The notes beneath the pieces were generated by a model. That model worked only from the letters and a program-made list of their open reading frames with translations. It was not told the origin of the DNA and made no database searches. A DNA stretch of 64,000 nucleotides from Trypanosoma brucei (taxonomy: Eukaryota), in contig CH464491.1 in the NCBI GenBank assembly GCA_000002445.1, positions 2,848,001 to 2,912,000 of the forward strand. The letters are read 5' to 3'. The position numbers and the translations under genes are program-made. Positions within the stretch are counted from its first letter, which is position 1, and each line of letters opens with the position of its first letter. Shown here in pieces: positions 22,501-32,306 of this stretch.

Positions 22501-25500
22501 GGACACCAGTGTGGAAGAGGTAGTGCCTGACAAGCAGAAACAGGAAGTGCAAACTGCTCAACTGGTGCAGCGTGGAAAAGTAAGTGCACCTCCAGCTATT
22601 CAGCAGATTGGAGGAAAGGCAGCTTTGACATGGGACACCAGTGTGGAAGAGGTAGTGCCTGACAAGCAGAAACAGGAAGTGCAAACTGCTCAACTGGTGC
22701 AGCGTGGAAAAGTAAGTGCACCTCCAGCTATTCAGCAGATTGGAGGAAAGGCAGCTTTGACATGGGACACCAGTGTGGAAGAGGTAGTGCCTGACAAGCA
22801 GAAACAGGAAGTGCAAACTGCTCAACTGGTGCAACGTGGAAAAGTAAGTGCACCTCCAGCTATTCAGCAGATTGGAGGAAAGGCAGCTTTGACATGGGAC
22901 ACCAGTGTGGAAGAGGTAGTGCCTGACAAGCAGAAACAGGAAGTGCAAACTGCTCAACTGGTGCAACGTGGAAAAGTAAGTGCACCTCCAGCTATTCAGC
23001 AGAGTGGAGGAAAGGCAGCTTTGACATGGGACACCAGTGTGGAAGAGGTAGTGCCTGACAAGCAGAAACAGGAAGTGCAAACTGCTCAACTGGTGCAACG
23101 TGGAAAAGTAAGTGCACCTCCAGCTATTCAGCAGAGTGGAGGAAAGGCAGCTTTGACATGGGACACCAGTGTGGAAGAGGTAGTGCCTGACAAGCAGAAA
23201 CAGGAAGTGCAAACTGCTCAACTGGTGCAACGTGGAAAAGTAAGTGCACCTCCAGCTATTCAGCAGAGTGGAGGAAAGGCAGCTTTGACATGGGACACCA
23301 GTGTGGAAGAGGTAGTGCCTGACAAGCAGAAACAGGAAGTGCAAACTGCTCAACTGGTGCAATGTGGAAAAGTAAGTGCACCTCCAGCTATTCAGCAGAG
23401 TGGAGGAAAGGCAGCTTTGACATGGGACACCAGTGTGGAAGAGGTAGTGCCTGACAAGCAGAAACAGGAAGTGCAAACTGCTCAACTGGTGCAATGTGGA
23501 AAAGTAAGTGCACCTCCAGCTATTCAGCAGAGTGGAGGAAAGGCAGCTTTGACATGGGACACCAGTGTGGAAGAGGTAGTGCCTGACAAGCAGAAACAGG
23601 AAGTGCAAACTGCTCAACTGGTGCAATGTGGAAAAGTAAGTGCACCTCCAGCTATTCAGCAGATTGGAGGAAAGGCAGCTTTGACATGGGACACCAGTGT
23701 GGAAGAGGTAGTGCCTGACAAGCAGAAACAGGAAGTGCAAACTGCTCAACTGGTGCAACGTGGAAAAGTAAGTGCACCTCCAGCTATTCAGCAGAGTGGA
23801 GGAAAGGCAGCTTTGACATGGGACACCAGTGTGGAAGAGGTAGTGCCTGACAAGCAGAAACAGGAAGTGCAAACTGCTCAACTGGTGCAACGTGGAAAAG
23901 TAAGTGCACCTCCAGCTATTCAGCAGAGTGAAAAAGGGGCTATCGACAGAAAAGAAAAGAACGTTCATATGAAGAATTTTATGCAGGCGATTCACACTGA
24001 AGGCGAGCCCGTTCATAGGAGAAGAGATGATGAAAGACTGGGGTTGCAACCATTACAGAGAAAGAAAGGTTTCCAATCCATCCCAACCAATCTTGAAGAG
24101 GAAGCATCCCCAGTACAGGTGATCGGTGAAGAATCAAAACGCAATAGTGGGGAACCGCAACCAGTTGGGGGGCAAGGGGATTGCTTGGCGCGAGCAGTGC
24201 GGGAGGGACAGGAGAAATTAACACGACTTACGGGGGGTTGGTGTAAAGGACGCATAGAGAAAACTTCTGCTTTCGGAGAAAAAGATAGCCCCGTACAAGA
24301 AGTTCAGGTAAAGGAGAATATCCCGCAAGTAACCTGTGGCTTGAGTGTGTGGCCCACGCCAGATGCATTGAAAGTTAGGAGGGAAGGAATGAGCGTCTTG
24401 AAATTGTCACAGCGGCTGGAGCTTCGCCCCGCTCGGCAGGAACCACGGCGGCAGGAAGAGTTGATATGGCCCATGAAGGGAGGATGGCAAGGATCTTCGG
24501 GTTCAGTAAGTGATGGGAATGAAGGATTGTTATTGCCGATGGGATCGCGGTCTGTGGATACAGATGACGTATGGGAAGAGCGCGTTAAATTATCTGACGG
24601 AACGTTCGGCCGGAAGGTGAACAACAAAATTCAGGTAAACGTCCGGGCGTGTCGTAACATGCCAGCGGCAACGCAAAAAAAACATATGCTGTCTATTCAG
24701 ATCAGCACATCTTCTACGGAGGCGCAAACATGGTTGGTACCTCTGACCCTCAATCCCATCTTCCCCCATCAAACAATTTTACTGGACGAACCAGAAGATG
24801 ACACGGTCAACGTTACAGCGATAGTAAAAACTGAAGATGATCGCATGAAGCGACTGGGGGAAGCAGTTGTTTCGCTGCGCTATTTGCATGTGTTAGATTC
24901 GTATACCCGCTGGATTTCGCTGATATGTAATGTAGGCACAAGCGATGCTTTCGAATGTGGTGACGTTTGCATTACTTTCCGTCGCGGTACAGAAGAAGGA
25001 CCCAATGGTGTCGTCTCAATTAATGGAAAGCAATGCGAACAGCAGCAACTGCAGTGGGGGGAAGCCGAAAGGACACAAGAAGAGGAGAAACTGCGGCGTT
25101 ATGTCCGTGATGTGCTTGTATCCGCGGGGAATGCAAACCTCCACTTGTTGGAGTGGTTAGTAGGGAACTGCTACCGTAAAACACCAGGGGAAATAGATGC
25201 GTTTATTAGGCGGTATAGGAAAGATGATACAATAATGCTAACTGTGTTTGAGGTGTGCGGACTTAGAACGGAAGTCGGGGTCCCACTACTGCGTCCGGTG
25301 CCTTGCCACGTTTTGGTTGAAACAAGCAGAGGATCGTGTACAACATCCCCCGTAAACCTTCAAGGACAAGCAGCTCCGCTGAACATGGTGTTTCACCTGG
25401 TAATAGGGGTGAACGAACCCATTCGTCTCATCGTATTTACCGGCGACACCGCGGTTGGTGAAACGGTTATTACCACTGCCCAAGATGGCACGCGCACTCG

Positions 25501-28030
25501 CGTGTTGGTTTCGCGGGCCGGCACGGAGGAAGCGGTACCTTGTGGTACGATCACTGTAGGTACGAGGCGCGGTAGCGTATCTGAATTGACTGAAAGCCCC
25601 AAACCACTTCGAGTGGAAGTAAATGAAGAGAACAGCAAGCGCATGGCGTACCTACACCACATATTATGGATGAACGCCCGAAGCTCACTTCACAAGCTGG
25701 ATGTAATTGCCGCTTCCCCACTGGAGTCGGGCCGTCTACTGGAAAAGTTTGGACCGACAGCGAAGTGGTACGATCTTCGAGTTTCCTTGAGGCACTGGAG
25801 GCCCACATCTGCTGCGTGGGATAGCCCAATAGTTGACAATACACTTGGCACTCACAAGAGAGAAAAAGACGGCGATGAGTTGCTGCAACATGTACAAACG
25901 GTATACCGCAGGGTATTCGCTGTGGTTCACATTGGGTTGCAGTACCATAAAACTTTTGAGGTCCGTACCGACTGTGCTGGTGAAGTGCACTTCAATGAAA
26001 CCTTCACTTTCAGTGGTGTTTGCCCTCGGCGGGATGAGGTTTTTGTGTCTGTCATCGGGAAGGGTCTCACTGGCACCGAGGATCATGATCTGGGAGTAAC
26101 CGTCCTTTCCATGAAATCACTGAAGTTACAACAGCGAACCCACATGACTGTTCCGTTGGTGCGCCAAGCGGGAACTCGTGGTGCTCGCTTCCAAGGATCA
26201 CTGTACTTGGAACTGTTTGCGGTTAACTTTGACGGTGTTGCCGCTAACGACTACGAGGCAGAAATGTGTCGGCCTTCTATTCGGAGCATTCTTTACCACC
26301 ACGCACCTAGAGAGTTGCATAAGGCAGAGTGCTTCCTTGGTAGCTACGCAAGCCGTGAAAAGGACTGCCTACGAGAGCTACGAAAAACCTATGGGCCGGA
26401 CATTCTCAAACTACCCATGGCGATACGGCTAATGAGCCTGAACCAACTGACACCTTATCCTAACAGTTACTTGAAAGTGTACCTCAATGATACCCCAGTG
26501 ATACGCACTGAGAAGCTATCCACCGATGATCCTATTTTATTCGACCCAGAAGACAGCAAAAGTAGGGCAAGGGTACTCGTTGATGATGTCTATGACGTTA
26601 GGTTACGGTTCAAGGTGAAGCAAACGCGATTTTTACTAACAAAGACTCTTTGCACGGGTGATTTTTCCTTACGAGGTATGGTGGTATCGCAGGAGGGCGT
26701 ATACTGGATCCCTTTGGTTGACAGTGAGGGTGTGAGTGTCGGGAATCTCTGTGTTGAACTGAAGTCAAGTGCTTTTGTCTACAATGATACTGTGAAAAGG
26801 GCTAAAGATTTTGTGGAGGACGACGTCGTGTCGTTAATTCGGAGGTACAGACCGTCTAAGGTGCCCATCATGCATATGATAATGGAAAAAGTCTCAAATC
26901 GGGAGGCAGCCCACTCCGAAATCAGAAGGGAGGTCGTTACCGAACCGGTTGCAGCTACAGTGTTTATATCTGTAGAACTCCTTTCCATTCATCGTGTGTT
27001 TTTCGAGCAAACCGAGGAAGACGATCAGCAGGTGTGGCCAGAAGGTGAGACGGAATATGTTGTGACAGCAAAATACGGTGGCGATGAAAGTAGTACTACA
27101 ACCAAAAACTTCACACCACAAGGGAACAGCAGCACCATTCGCCTAGACGTGCGCACCTTTCGCGAACGGAAAGCACACAAGCTCATCATCACTGTCCGAC
27201 GTCAGCGCACCCTTCCACCGCCTTGCCCTGCGAAATCGTCGGAAGCGCAGAACGGCAAGATTCCGCGTTTTGGTCCATTTTGTAAAGCCACCCCTGTTGT
27301 GTCGAAGCAAAGGCCGCGTGTTATAATGCCCCAGCCTCCCTCCCTTTTACATGAACCTGAATATGTAGGTTGCGCAGTCATCTCTCTCCGTGCGCTTTTC
27401 ACCCCTTTGCTCTACAGCACCGGGGAGCTCGTGACGGTACCGCTGCTTTACCTTCCACCGAACGCGAATGGAGGGCCGGTTGTACCGGACGGCCGGGACC
27501 ATACCGGCAGTGGTGTACATTCTGAAGGGGAAGTTGTCGGAAACATTGCGTTCAGGGTGCGCCTTCCAGCGTATGAGCAGATCCCTTCATGGTTGCAATT
27601 CGACGCCACAACCCTCGAAAAAGAAATTAAGCTGGACCGAGCGGCCATTCGATACTATGAGGAGCGCATTCGCAATATTTTAGCTGAGCACAAATCACAC
27701 TGTTTGTGGAATATGCACTACAGATTGTATGAAAAATACGTTGCCAGTGGCCACTGGCATCGACTGCTGCGTGGCTGGAGAAATGCGTTGCTGCGGCAAT
27801 TCCCCTCAGCAAATAACAGCAACGACGTTCCAACATCTTCCATGTGGTACGCCCCCTCGACAGCATCCGATCGCGACTTGAGGAGCGATAATATGAACAG
27901 CATCTTGGAAAGACTGAAAGGAGAGTTTAGCAGTGACGACAGTTTGATGGGCGATGTCGCGGAAACAGAAATGGCAGGGGGAGAAAACTCGATAGAAACA
28001 GGAAGCGGGAGCGAAAGCGAAAGTGACTAA
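19559..28030 (+). CDS. Giant repeat-containing protein (2823 aa): unique N-terminal region, about 18 x 44-aa tandem repeats, then a C-terminal region with several C2-like domains
   Basis: A single uninterrupted ORF. The central block repeats VPDKQKQEVQTAQLVQRGKVSAPPAIQQ[S/I]GGKAALTWDTSVEEV. Three C-terminal segments have C2-domain-like beta-sandwich patterns: ...KIQVNVRACRNMP...LDEPEDDTVNVTAIV...; ...FEVRTDCAGEVHFNETFTF...; ...YLKVYLNDTPVIRTEKLSTDDPILFDPED.... The start could instead be the internal Met at 19634 (MAPGGC...). A pyrimidine-rich tract lies at 19190-19350. Confidence 0.8.
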   Translation: MSAQFKKENIKGEEGEGRKGKPLHKMAPGGCDAILQEALLLGSYADFWKLATGYTKALCNVYVAPNPYPTPGGGNAADGHNPNSATQNMVKVTTTVPCSLRTFATFITAPRSVRYCEDNVMFCDIIERDNKTKLFHTAYAGDPPCDVVAVHITAAYKVPENTTENNPLCKFVASLRDDKRRGHVPQPSSTIFVYAMKSAEHPKTPPSPPYVRMRFHLSAFIAYEIPGPLVRVVFVHAPGDRTPKMVDRCITKMVCVRNLCQMLEWLNTGGPLTEPVIWENQRPQETPNAHSVGAENTREPNPLVEEPSDVVLQGDNPSSAPGRVFQTLFALHASAAWRLVLQHEGCTVEECEARCCFPAPAFLKAYRFATTIACSLDIFRRLVSDPMQLHRYDPSVEKVELLHSQKGEDTVHIHFKQLSHSAPKQDACILTSNALLQPDEAHRWRLYQLTDNINVVYVQNGIQSTEIPAAGACDRQVVYAMGYVAIPSVKRQPTGAGDGNEGSEALRVYHVVCVDNNTASFADKQLVTIRQHFFRLTGIRNLCDEAKSKPPTCSLPPHTTRDVNDFFESGTLAGFTEVETLEDASLERTSSTNNVRRQLDLVDGMEGYTSHATAHVDTMMNSSSLEKLHQFLLHFAPHYCIEHKQSELDNKLVPAAAALQPSPFTEQQQISPSVWQAHAPTPDQQKQEVQTAQLVQRGKVSAPPAIQQSGGKAALTWDTSVEEVVPDKQKQEVQTAQLVQRGKVSAPPAIQQIGGKAALTWDTSVEEVVPDKQKQEVQTAQLVQRGKVSAPPAIQQIGGKAALTWDTSVEEVVPDKQKQEVQTAQLVQCGKVSAPPAIQQIGGKAALTWDTSVEEVVPDKQKQEVQTAQLVQRGKVSAPPAIQQSGGKAALTWDTSVEEVVPDKQKQEVQTAQLVQRGKVSAPPAIQQSGGKAALTWDTSVEEVVPDKQKQEVQTAQLVQRGKVSAPPAIQQIGGKAALTWDTSVEEVVPDKQKQEVQTAQLVQRGKVSAPPAIQQIGGKAALTWDTSVEEVVPDKQKQEVQTAQLVQRGKVSAPPAIQQIGGKAALTWDTSVEEVVPDKQKQEVQTAQLVQRGKVSAPPAIQQIGGKAALTWDTSVEEVVPDKQKQEVQTAQLVQRGKVSAPPAIQQSGGKAALTWDTSVEEVVPDKQKQEVQTAQLVQRGKVSAPPAIQQSGGKAALTWDTSVEEVVPDKQKQEVQTAQLVQRGKVSAPPAIQQSGGKAALTWDTSVEEVVPDKQKQEVQTAQLVQCGKVSAPPAIQQSGGKAALTWDTSVEEVVPDKQKQEVQTAQLVQCGKVSAPPAIQQSGGKAALTWDTSVEEVVPDKQKQEVQTAQLVQCGKVSAPPAIQQIGGKAALTWDTSVEEVVPDKQKQEVQTAQLVQRGKVSAPPAIQQSGGKAALTWDTSVEEVVPDKQKQEVQTAQLVQRGKVSAPPAIQQSEKGAIDRKEKNVHMKNFMQAIHTEGEPVHRRRDDERLGLQPLQRKKGFQSIPTNLEEEASPVQVIGEESKRNSGEPQPVGGQGDCLARAVREGQEKLTRLTGGWCKGRIEKTSAFGEKDSPVQEVQVKENIPQVTCGLSVWPTPDALKVRREGMSVLKLSQRLELRPARQEPRRQEELIWPMKGGWQGSSGSVSDGNEGLLLPMGSRSVDTDDVWEERVKLSDGTFGRKVNNKIQVNVRACRNMPAATQKKHMLSIQISTSSTEAQTWLVPLTLNPIFPHQTILLDEPEDDTVNVTAIVKTEDDRMKRLGEAVVSLRYLHVLDSYTRWISLICNVGTSDAFECGDVCITFRRGTEEGPNGVVSINGKQCEQQQLQWGEAERTQEEEKLRRYVRDVLVSAGNANLHLLEWLVGNCYRKTPGEIDAFIRRYRKDDTIMLTVFEVCGLRTEVGVPLLRPVPCHVLVETSRGSCTTSPVNLQGQAAPLNMVFHLVIGVNEPIRLIVFTGDTAVGETVITTAQDGTRTRVLVSRAGTEEAVPCGTITVGTRRGSVSELTESPKPLRVEVNEENSKRMAYLHHILWMNARSSLHKLDVIAASPLESGRLLEKFGPTAKWYDLRVSLRHWRPTSAAWDSPIVDNTLGTHKREKDGDELLQHVQTVYRRVFAVVHIGLQYHKTFEVRTDCAGEVHFNETFTFSGVCPRRDEVFVSVIGKGLTGTEDHDLGVTVLSMKSLKLQQRTHMTVPLVRQAGTRGARFQGSLYLELFAVNFDGVAANDYEAEMCRPSIRSILYHHAPRELHKAECFLGSYASREKDCLRELRKTYGPDILKLPMAIRLMSLNQLTPYPNSYLKVYLNDTPVIRTEKLSTDDPILFDPEDSKSRARVLVDDVYDVRLRFKVKQTRFLLTKTLCTGDFSLRGMVVSQEGVYWIPLVDSEGVSVGNLCVELKSSAFVYNDTVKRAKDFVEDDVVSLIRRYRPSKVPIMHMIMEKVSNREAAHSEIRREVVTEPVAATVFISVELLSIHRVFFEQTEEDDQQVWPEGETEYVVTAKYGGDESSTTTKNFTPQGNSSTIRLDVRTFRERKAHKLIITVRRQRTLPPPCPAKSSEAQNGKIPRFGPFCKATPVVSKQRPRVIMPQPPSLLHEPEYVGCAVISLRALFTPLLYSTGELVTVPLLYLPPNANGGPVVPDGRDHTGSGVHSEGEVVGNIAFRVRLPAYEQIPSWLQFDATTLEKEIKLDRAAIRYYEERIRNILAEHKSHCLWNMHYRLYEKYVASGHWHRLLRGWRNALLRQFPSANNSNDVPTSSMWYAPSTASDRDLRSDNMNSILERLKGEFSSDDSLMGDVAETEMAGGENSIETGSGSESESD
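21599..23926 (+). repeat. 132-bp (44-codon) tandem repeat array, about 17.6 copies, over 97% identical
   Basis: The period was measured directly: gtgcctgacaagcagaaacagg recurs at 21731, 21863 and onward, every 132 nt. The only variation is a few SNPs, giving R/C (cgtgg vs tgtgg) and S/I (agtgg vs attgg). Confidence 0.95.
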
Positions 28031-28602
28031 TAGAAAAACAAAGTTATGTAGAGAAGGGAAATTAAAAATAAACATCCGAAAAGTAAATGAATAGATAGCC
28101 ATAAAAAAAAATTTTTTTTGAAAAGCGCTGTCCTTTCCATAAGGACTTTTTTTTGATCTAAATGCACAGTTATATCAACGTTTTTTACTCCCTCTATATA
28201 TACTCACGAACAGCCTTTAGATAACGCTGTCAGGCTTCTTTTTGTTTTCAACCACGTAGTTTTCCCTATATCTCATATTTATTTGCCCGACAGCGGTGAG
28301 GAAGATGGTTTGTTTTGCTGTGAGTAGTGTTCTTGATTAGTTACTGTTTTTGCTTCTGCGTTTGTATACTCGGCATTGCGTTCTACCCGTCGCGCGGTCC
28401 TTCCTCAATCCCCATTGTTCGATACCTCGCGCTTTTTGTCGTCATTATCACTGAATCCCTCACTTCTGTCGTTTTGCGTTTTTGGTGCTTCTCCCTCAGT
28501 TTAACCTACGGAACCTGAGGTATCTGTCAAGTGGTTTACCGACAAAGGGGGTAAAAGCACTGCCTCTATTGAGGTGAAGAACCAACAACAGATAAGGAAA
28601 GG

Positions 28603-30555
28603 ATGCGCAGGTGCCTTATTTTGCCTGTTTTGACTACAGCGAGCAAAAGCAGCTTTGCTTCGTGCCGCCACAGCAGCAGCGGTGATGGAAGAAATGGCGG
28701 TCTCGGCAGCAGCGCTAGCAGCAGCGCTACCACCATAAGAGAAAGCATGAAGTCGGCAGGATTTAACTTTAACACCCCCAACTTCTGCCTTGAGGGCGCG
28801 ACTGAGTCAGATGTTGCCGACACGGCAGGTGAACTTATCACAAGCCCAGTGACTTCCCTCAACTTCGTGCGTGACATGTACGGCCCGTGGTTGGTGCTGA
28901 CGGAGGAAATACAGGGTGAATTGTTCATTGACCACGACAAGATGGTGTACCTCCGCCCTGCAAACGGCCTTGGATTCGGTGTTGGTCGCATAGACACTGG
29001 AGAGCCGTGTTCGTCAGGCACAGCCTTTCTCATGAGCCTAGAATGGTACACATATCCGGCAACAACGTCAATGCCCCCAAATAACGCCTGTAAAACCGAA
29101 GTCACTGGCGTGGTGAAACATGTACACTCATCTTCCATGGATTACAGCACATTCACCCTAGTCGCCTCGTGGCGAAGCAGCAGCGGCACTAGTGGGAAAT
29201 TCAACGCGGCAAAACTCTCGCCTTGGGACCCAGTGGGAGGCGTGAAGCGCTGGACACCTAACGGTGACCTAATGCAAGTATTCCATCAGGTATTCCCCAC
29301 CCCACTGAGGCTAACCTCTCATATCAAACGGGCGACAGCAGCCCGTCAAGTGGGAAGCCGGTCTGGTGGTTTAGGCGAAGGGGAATTGGGTTCGTCCCCG
29401 CACCACTTATCGTTAGAACAGTATCGCGTCGGAGAACTACCCGACTTGTACTACATTCCCAACTATATTTCAGAGGAAGAGGAACAGGAAATGATGGAAG
29501 CTGTTCGTAGCACACCACGCGAACTGAAAACGCAGCTTACCAAGCGCACTGTACAAGAATGGGGTTGCAGTATGTGCGAGACATGCAATAAGAGCTTCGT
29601 ATCCGATCGTAACATGCCCCCTTGGGTGGAGGCTTGTACCGACATGCAGGTGTACGATGGTATCTTCACACCCTCCGTGTTCCCTAACAGTGTACGAGTG
29701 CATGAATACCACCCACACGAGGGCATCGCCCCGCATTGCGATGGTCCCATTTATGTACCGCGCGTGTCGGTGCTTTCGCTTGGCACTCCGTGCGTGATGT
29801 TTTTCTACTCCCGCCGTGAGCCTTACTCCGAGCCAATGGAACACTACAACGATACTTTCCGCTTCAAAGAGGGTATCGCCAAAGAATCACCGATTCAATC
29901 GGTGGTGTTAGAGCCCCGCTCCCTTTTGGTGTTTGCCGGTGATGTCTTTCACTACTATCCACACGGAACCTGCGACAGGAAAATAGTCCCCTTAACAACG
30001 GAGGTGGCGGGTCGGGTAGTGAATAGACATCTTCTTCAGGATCCAGACATAAAGGAAGTGCACAAAGGTTTCCGCGTGAGTGTCACTACGCGCAATCTCC
30101 TTCCACGGTGCAACCACCAGCCGGAACGGACTGAGTACGGGATGAAACGCGCATGGTTTATTTACAACCAACTGCCCGTGCCGCAGCAGCTGTTCACTTC
30201 ACCGCCTTTGGCTCCGGATGCTAAGACTGGAAATGCGGGGGGTGAAGAGAAAGCGAAGCCATTTGACGCTTCAGCAGGAAAATCAGCAGCAGGAAGTGCA
30301 CACCCGGGCACTGATGAGAATATGGCAAATATCGAAAAGAAGTTGGACCAGTTACTCAAACAGCAAAACGCGTTGTCACAGCAGTTGGACGAAGTGCGGC
30401 AACTAATAGCGGGAGATGCAGGTTTCCGTCACGAGGTATCGACTGTGTTGGGTCATCTCACCTCAACTGTCCTGCAGATAGAAAGCAAGTTGGAAGAGTT
30501 GGAGGATAATCGCGCACGTGAGATGGGCGAAACCGGCGGCCAGCCAACTGCGTAA
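28603..30555 (+). CDS. AlkB-family 2OG-Fe(II) dioxygenase (ALKBH6-like core) with long N- and C-terminal extensions and a C-terminal coiled-coil (650 aa)
   Basis: The core VRVHEYHPHEGIAPHCDGPIYVPRVSVLSLGTPCVMFFY...LEPRSLLVFAGDVFHYYPHG carries the HxD...H iron-binding motif and closely resembles the ALKBH6 block (V.EY.PG.GI.PH.DGP.Y.P.V...SLG). A polypyrimidine tract at 28380-28500 precedes the ATG. The C-terminus (...NIEKKLDQLLKQQNALSQQLDEVRQLIAG...) is coiled-coil. Confidence 0.7.
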   Translation: MRRCLILPVLTTASKSSFASCRHSSSGDGRNGGLGSSASSSATTIRESMKSAGFNFNTPNFCLEGATESDVADTAGELITSPVTSLNFVRDMYGPWLVLTEEIQGELFIDHDKMVYLRPANGLGFGVGRIDTGEPCSSGTAFLMSLEWYTYPATTSMPPNNACKTEVTGVVKHVHSSSMDYSTFTLVASWRSSSGTSGKFNAAKLSPWDPVGGVKRWTPNGDLMQVFHQVFPTPLRLTSHIKRATAARQVGSRSGGLGEGELGSSPHHLSLEQYRVGELPDLYYIPNYISEEEEQEMMEAVRSTPRELKTQLTKRTVQEWGCSMCETCNKSFVSDRNMPPWVEACTDMQVYDGIFTPSVFPNSVRVHEYHPHEGIAPHCDGPIYVPRVSVLSLGTPCVMFFYSRREPYSEPMEHYNDTFRFKEGIAKESPIQSVVLEPRSLLVFAGDVFHYYPHGTCDRKIVPLTTEVAGRVVNRHLLQDPDIKEVHKGFRVSVTTRNLLPRCNHQPERTEYGMKRAWFIYNQLPVPQQLFTSPPLAPDAKTGNAGGEEKAKPFDASAGKSAAGSAHPGTDENMANIEKKLDQLLKQQNALSQQLDEVRQLIAGDAGFRHEVSTVLGHLTSTVLQIESKLEELEDNRAREMGETGGQPTA

Positions 30556-31201
30556 AGAACAGGGGTAGGGTGCTCCAAAAAAAAAAAAGGCAAAAAGGGC
30601 ACCCATTTGGTGTGCAACTTGGTTGTTTCTGTTTTTTCTTCCTTTGGTGCAGAGTGAGGGCAGACAGCACAGTAGGCTATTTGGTTTGTTTCCATCGCTT
30701 GTTGGAATGCTACGCAGAGCGCGAGGTTGATGGTATTTTTCGGGGGTTCCCATTTATCTTCGGGTAGTCACGGGCCCCAATTATGTGTGTGGTGCATTTG
30801 CATACACATGTATTGGGAAAGTTTGGTAGCGACATGAACGTATCGGAGCGACGCATCGGTTTTGTGCAAAAGAAATGAGGCAAAGCCACGGCGTGGGGAA
30901 GGCACATAGGAATTATCTCTTTATGATTTTATTTCTTACCATTATCATAAATGCTTTCCACTTTCGCTGCCCATCTCTCACACACACACTCTCTTCAGGG
31001 GAGGTTGTATATACGTGAGGCATTAATACCCTCCACCTCCTGCCCCGGGGCTTTCCTCTGCTTCGACGTGTTTGGTGCATTGTCGTTTGCTCATCTGGGT
31101 TCTTTTTAAAAAAAAAACGGGATGCACATGTTCATAGTAGTAGCGGCGCCCACCTCCGCCTTCATTTGGTGAGAAAGTGGCGCTTTGCACTCAAGCAGGG
31201 A

Positions 31202-31984
31202 ATGGAAAATGATGTGGATGAAGAGGTTCGATTGCTATTGGCCGTGTTCCCTGACGAAGTAAAGAGGGATCCTGGTCATGCAGGGACCCTCATCGTTTCA
31301 CTGCCGTTCCGCTTTGAATTGCAAATAACACTCCCCCCGCATGGGTACCCTTCCACATCGCCTCCGTCATTGTTCGTCGCGTCTGGACCAAACGTAACTC
31401 TCATTAGTGAATACTCTTCCCAACTCTTGCGGCTCGTGCGGGAGGAGATTCCGCTCGGTGGGCCGATGCTCCTTCATATTGTAACACTTGCCCAAAACCT
31501 CGCCACCGAGCTTCAAGTGACGCGCGAAGCGCAGCGACAGGCAAAAGAGGAACAGCAGGCGAAACATAAGCTTGAAGCCGCGGCGAAGGAAGAGGAACTG
31601 CAGGTTACAGCAGTGGAAGTGTGGAGCAGTGATCCCATCACCGACCGGAAGTCCAAGTTTGTGGCGCACATGGCACGAGTAAACTCTGAGGCAGGTGTAC
31701 AGGAGGTGGTGCAGCATCTGCGGCGGCAGAAGCACATCGCGGAAGCTACGCACCCCACCATTTACGCCTACCGGTTCACTGACACTGCTGGAGTCTTGCA
31801 TGCCGATTGCAATGACGATGGTGAAACGGGGGCGGCGTCGCGGATTATGTTTCTGTTGGAGCAGAAGAAAGTGGACGGATACGTGGTGGTGGTGACACGC
31901 TGGTTTGGTGGTATATTATTGGGACCCGACCGGTTCAAACACATCATGGAGGTGGTGCACAATATTCTCTTGACAATGCCGTAA
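31202..31984 (+). CDS. IMPACT/YIH1-family protein (RWD domain plus UPF0029 domain)
   Basis: The N-terminal segment has an RWD-like pattern (EVRLLLAVFPDEV...SLPFRFELQITLPPHGYPSTSPP). The C-terminal IMPACT domain reads SKFVAHMARVNSEAGVQEVVQHLRRQKHIAEATHPTIYAYRF...DDGETGAASRIMFLLEQKKVDGYVVVVTRWFGGILLGPDRFKHI. The ORF opens at 31166, but I take the in-frame ATG at 31202 as the likely start. Confidence 0.75.
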   Translation: MENDVDEEVRLLLAVFPDEVKRDPGHAGTLIVSLPFRFELQITLPPHGYPSTSPPSLFVASGPNVTLISEYSSQLLRLVREEIPLGGPMLLHIVTLAQNLATELQVTREAQRQAKEEQQAKHKLEAAAKEEELQVTAVEVWSSDPITDRKSKFVAHMARVNSEAGVQEVVQHLRRQKHIAEATHPTIYAYRFTDTAGVLHADCNDDGETGAASRIMFLLEQKKVDGYVVVVTRWFGGILLGPDRFKHIMEVVHNILLTMP

Positions 31985-32306
31985 CTCAGGTGATCGTGAA
32001 AGGTCCGACGGAAGTGCAGCGCTATTGTTCTGTTCATTTAACATGGTGTGCTTCCTCACTCGATGGTGATACCACGGGGCCTTACTGGCGGTATCTCAAA
32101 GATCGCAAGTCGTCCAGGTTACTTGGAGGTCTGTGTTTGCAGGAGTACCTCTGAGACTGGAGGTCAATTGCGTAAATCTAAACTTCTCGTGGTCCTTTGA
32201 GTCGCTTGAACAAACACGAATATACTTGGGCAACCGATCTGCCTGGGCTCCTGTGCACTCTCGTACAATCACTCTGTTTTTCCTCTTACTTGTGTGTGTG
32301 GGGGGG

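Noticed and set aside
21575-24049. An 824-aa ORF on the minus strand (LHQLSSLHFLFLLVRHYLFHTGVPCQSCLSS... repeats)
   Set aside because: It is the reverse-complement shadow of the 132-bp tandem repeat inside the + strand giant gene. It is open only because the repeat unit has no stop in that frame. All flanking genes are + strand, and the composition is Leu/Ser/Cys-rich low complexity.
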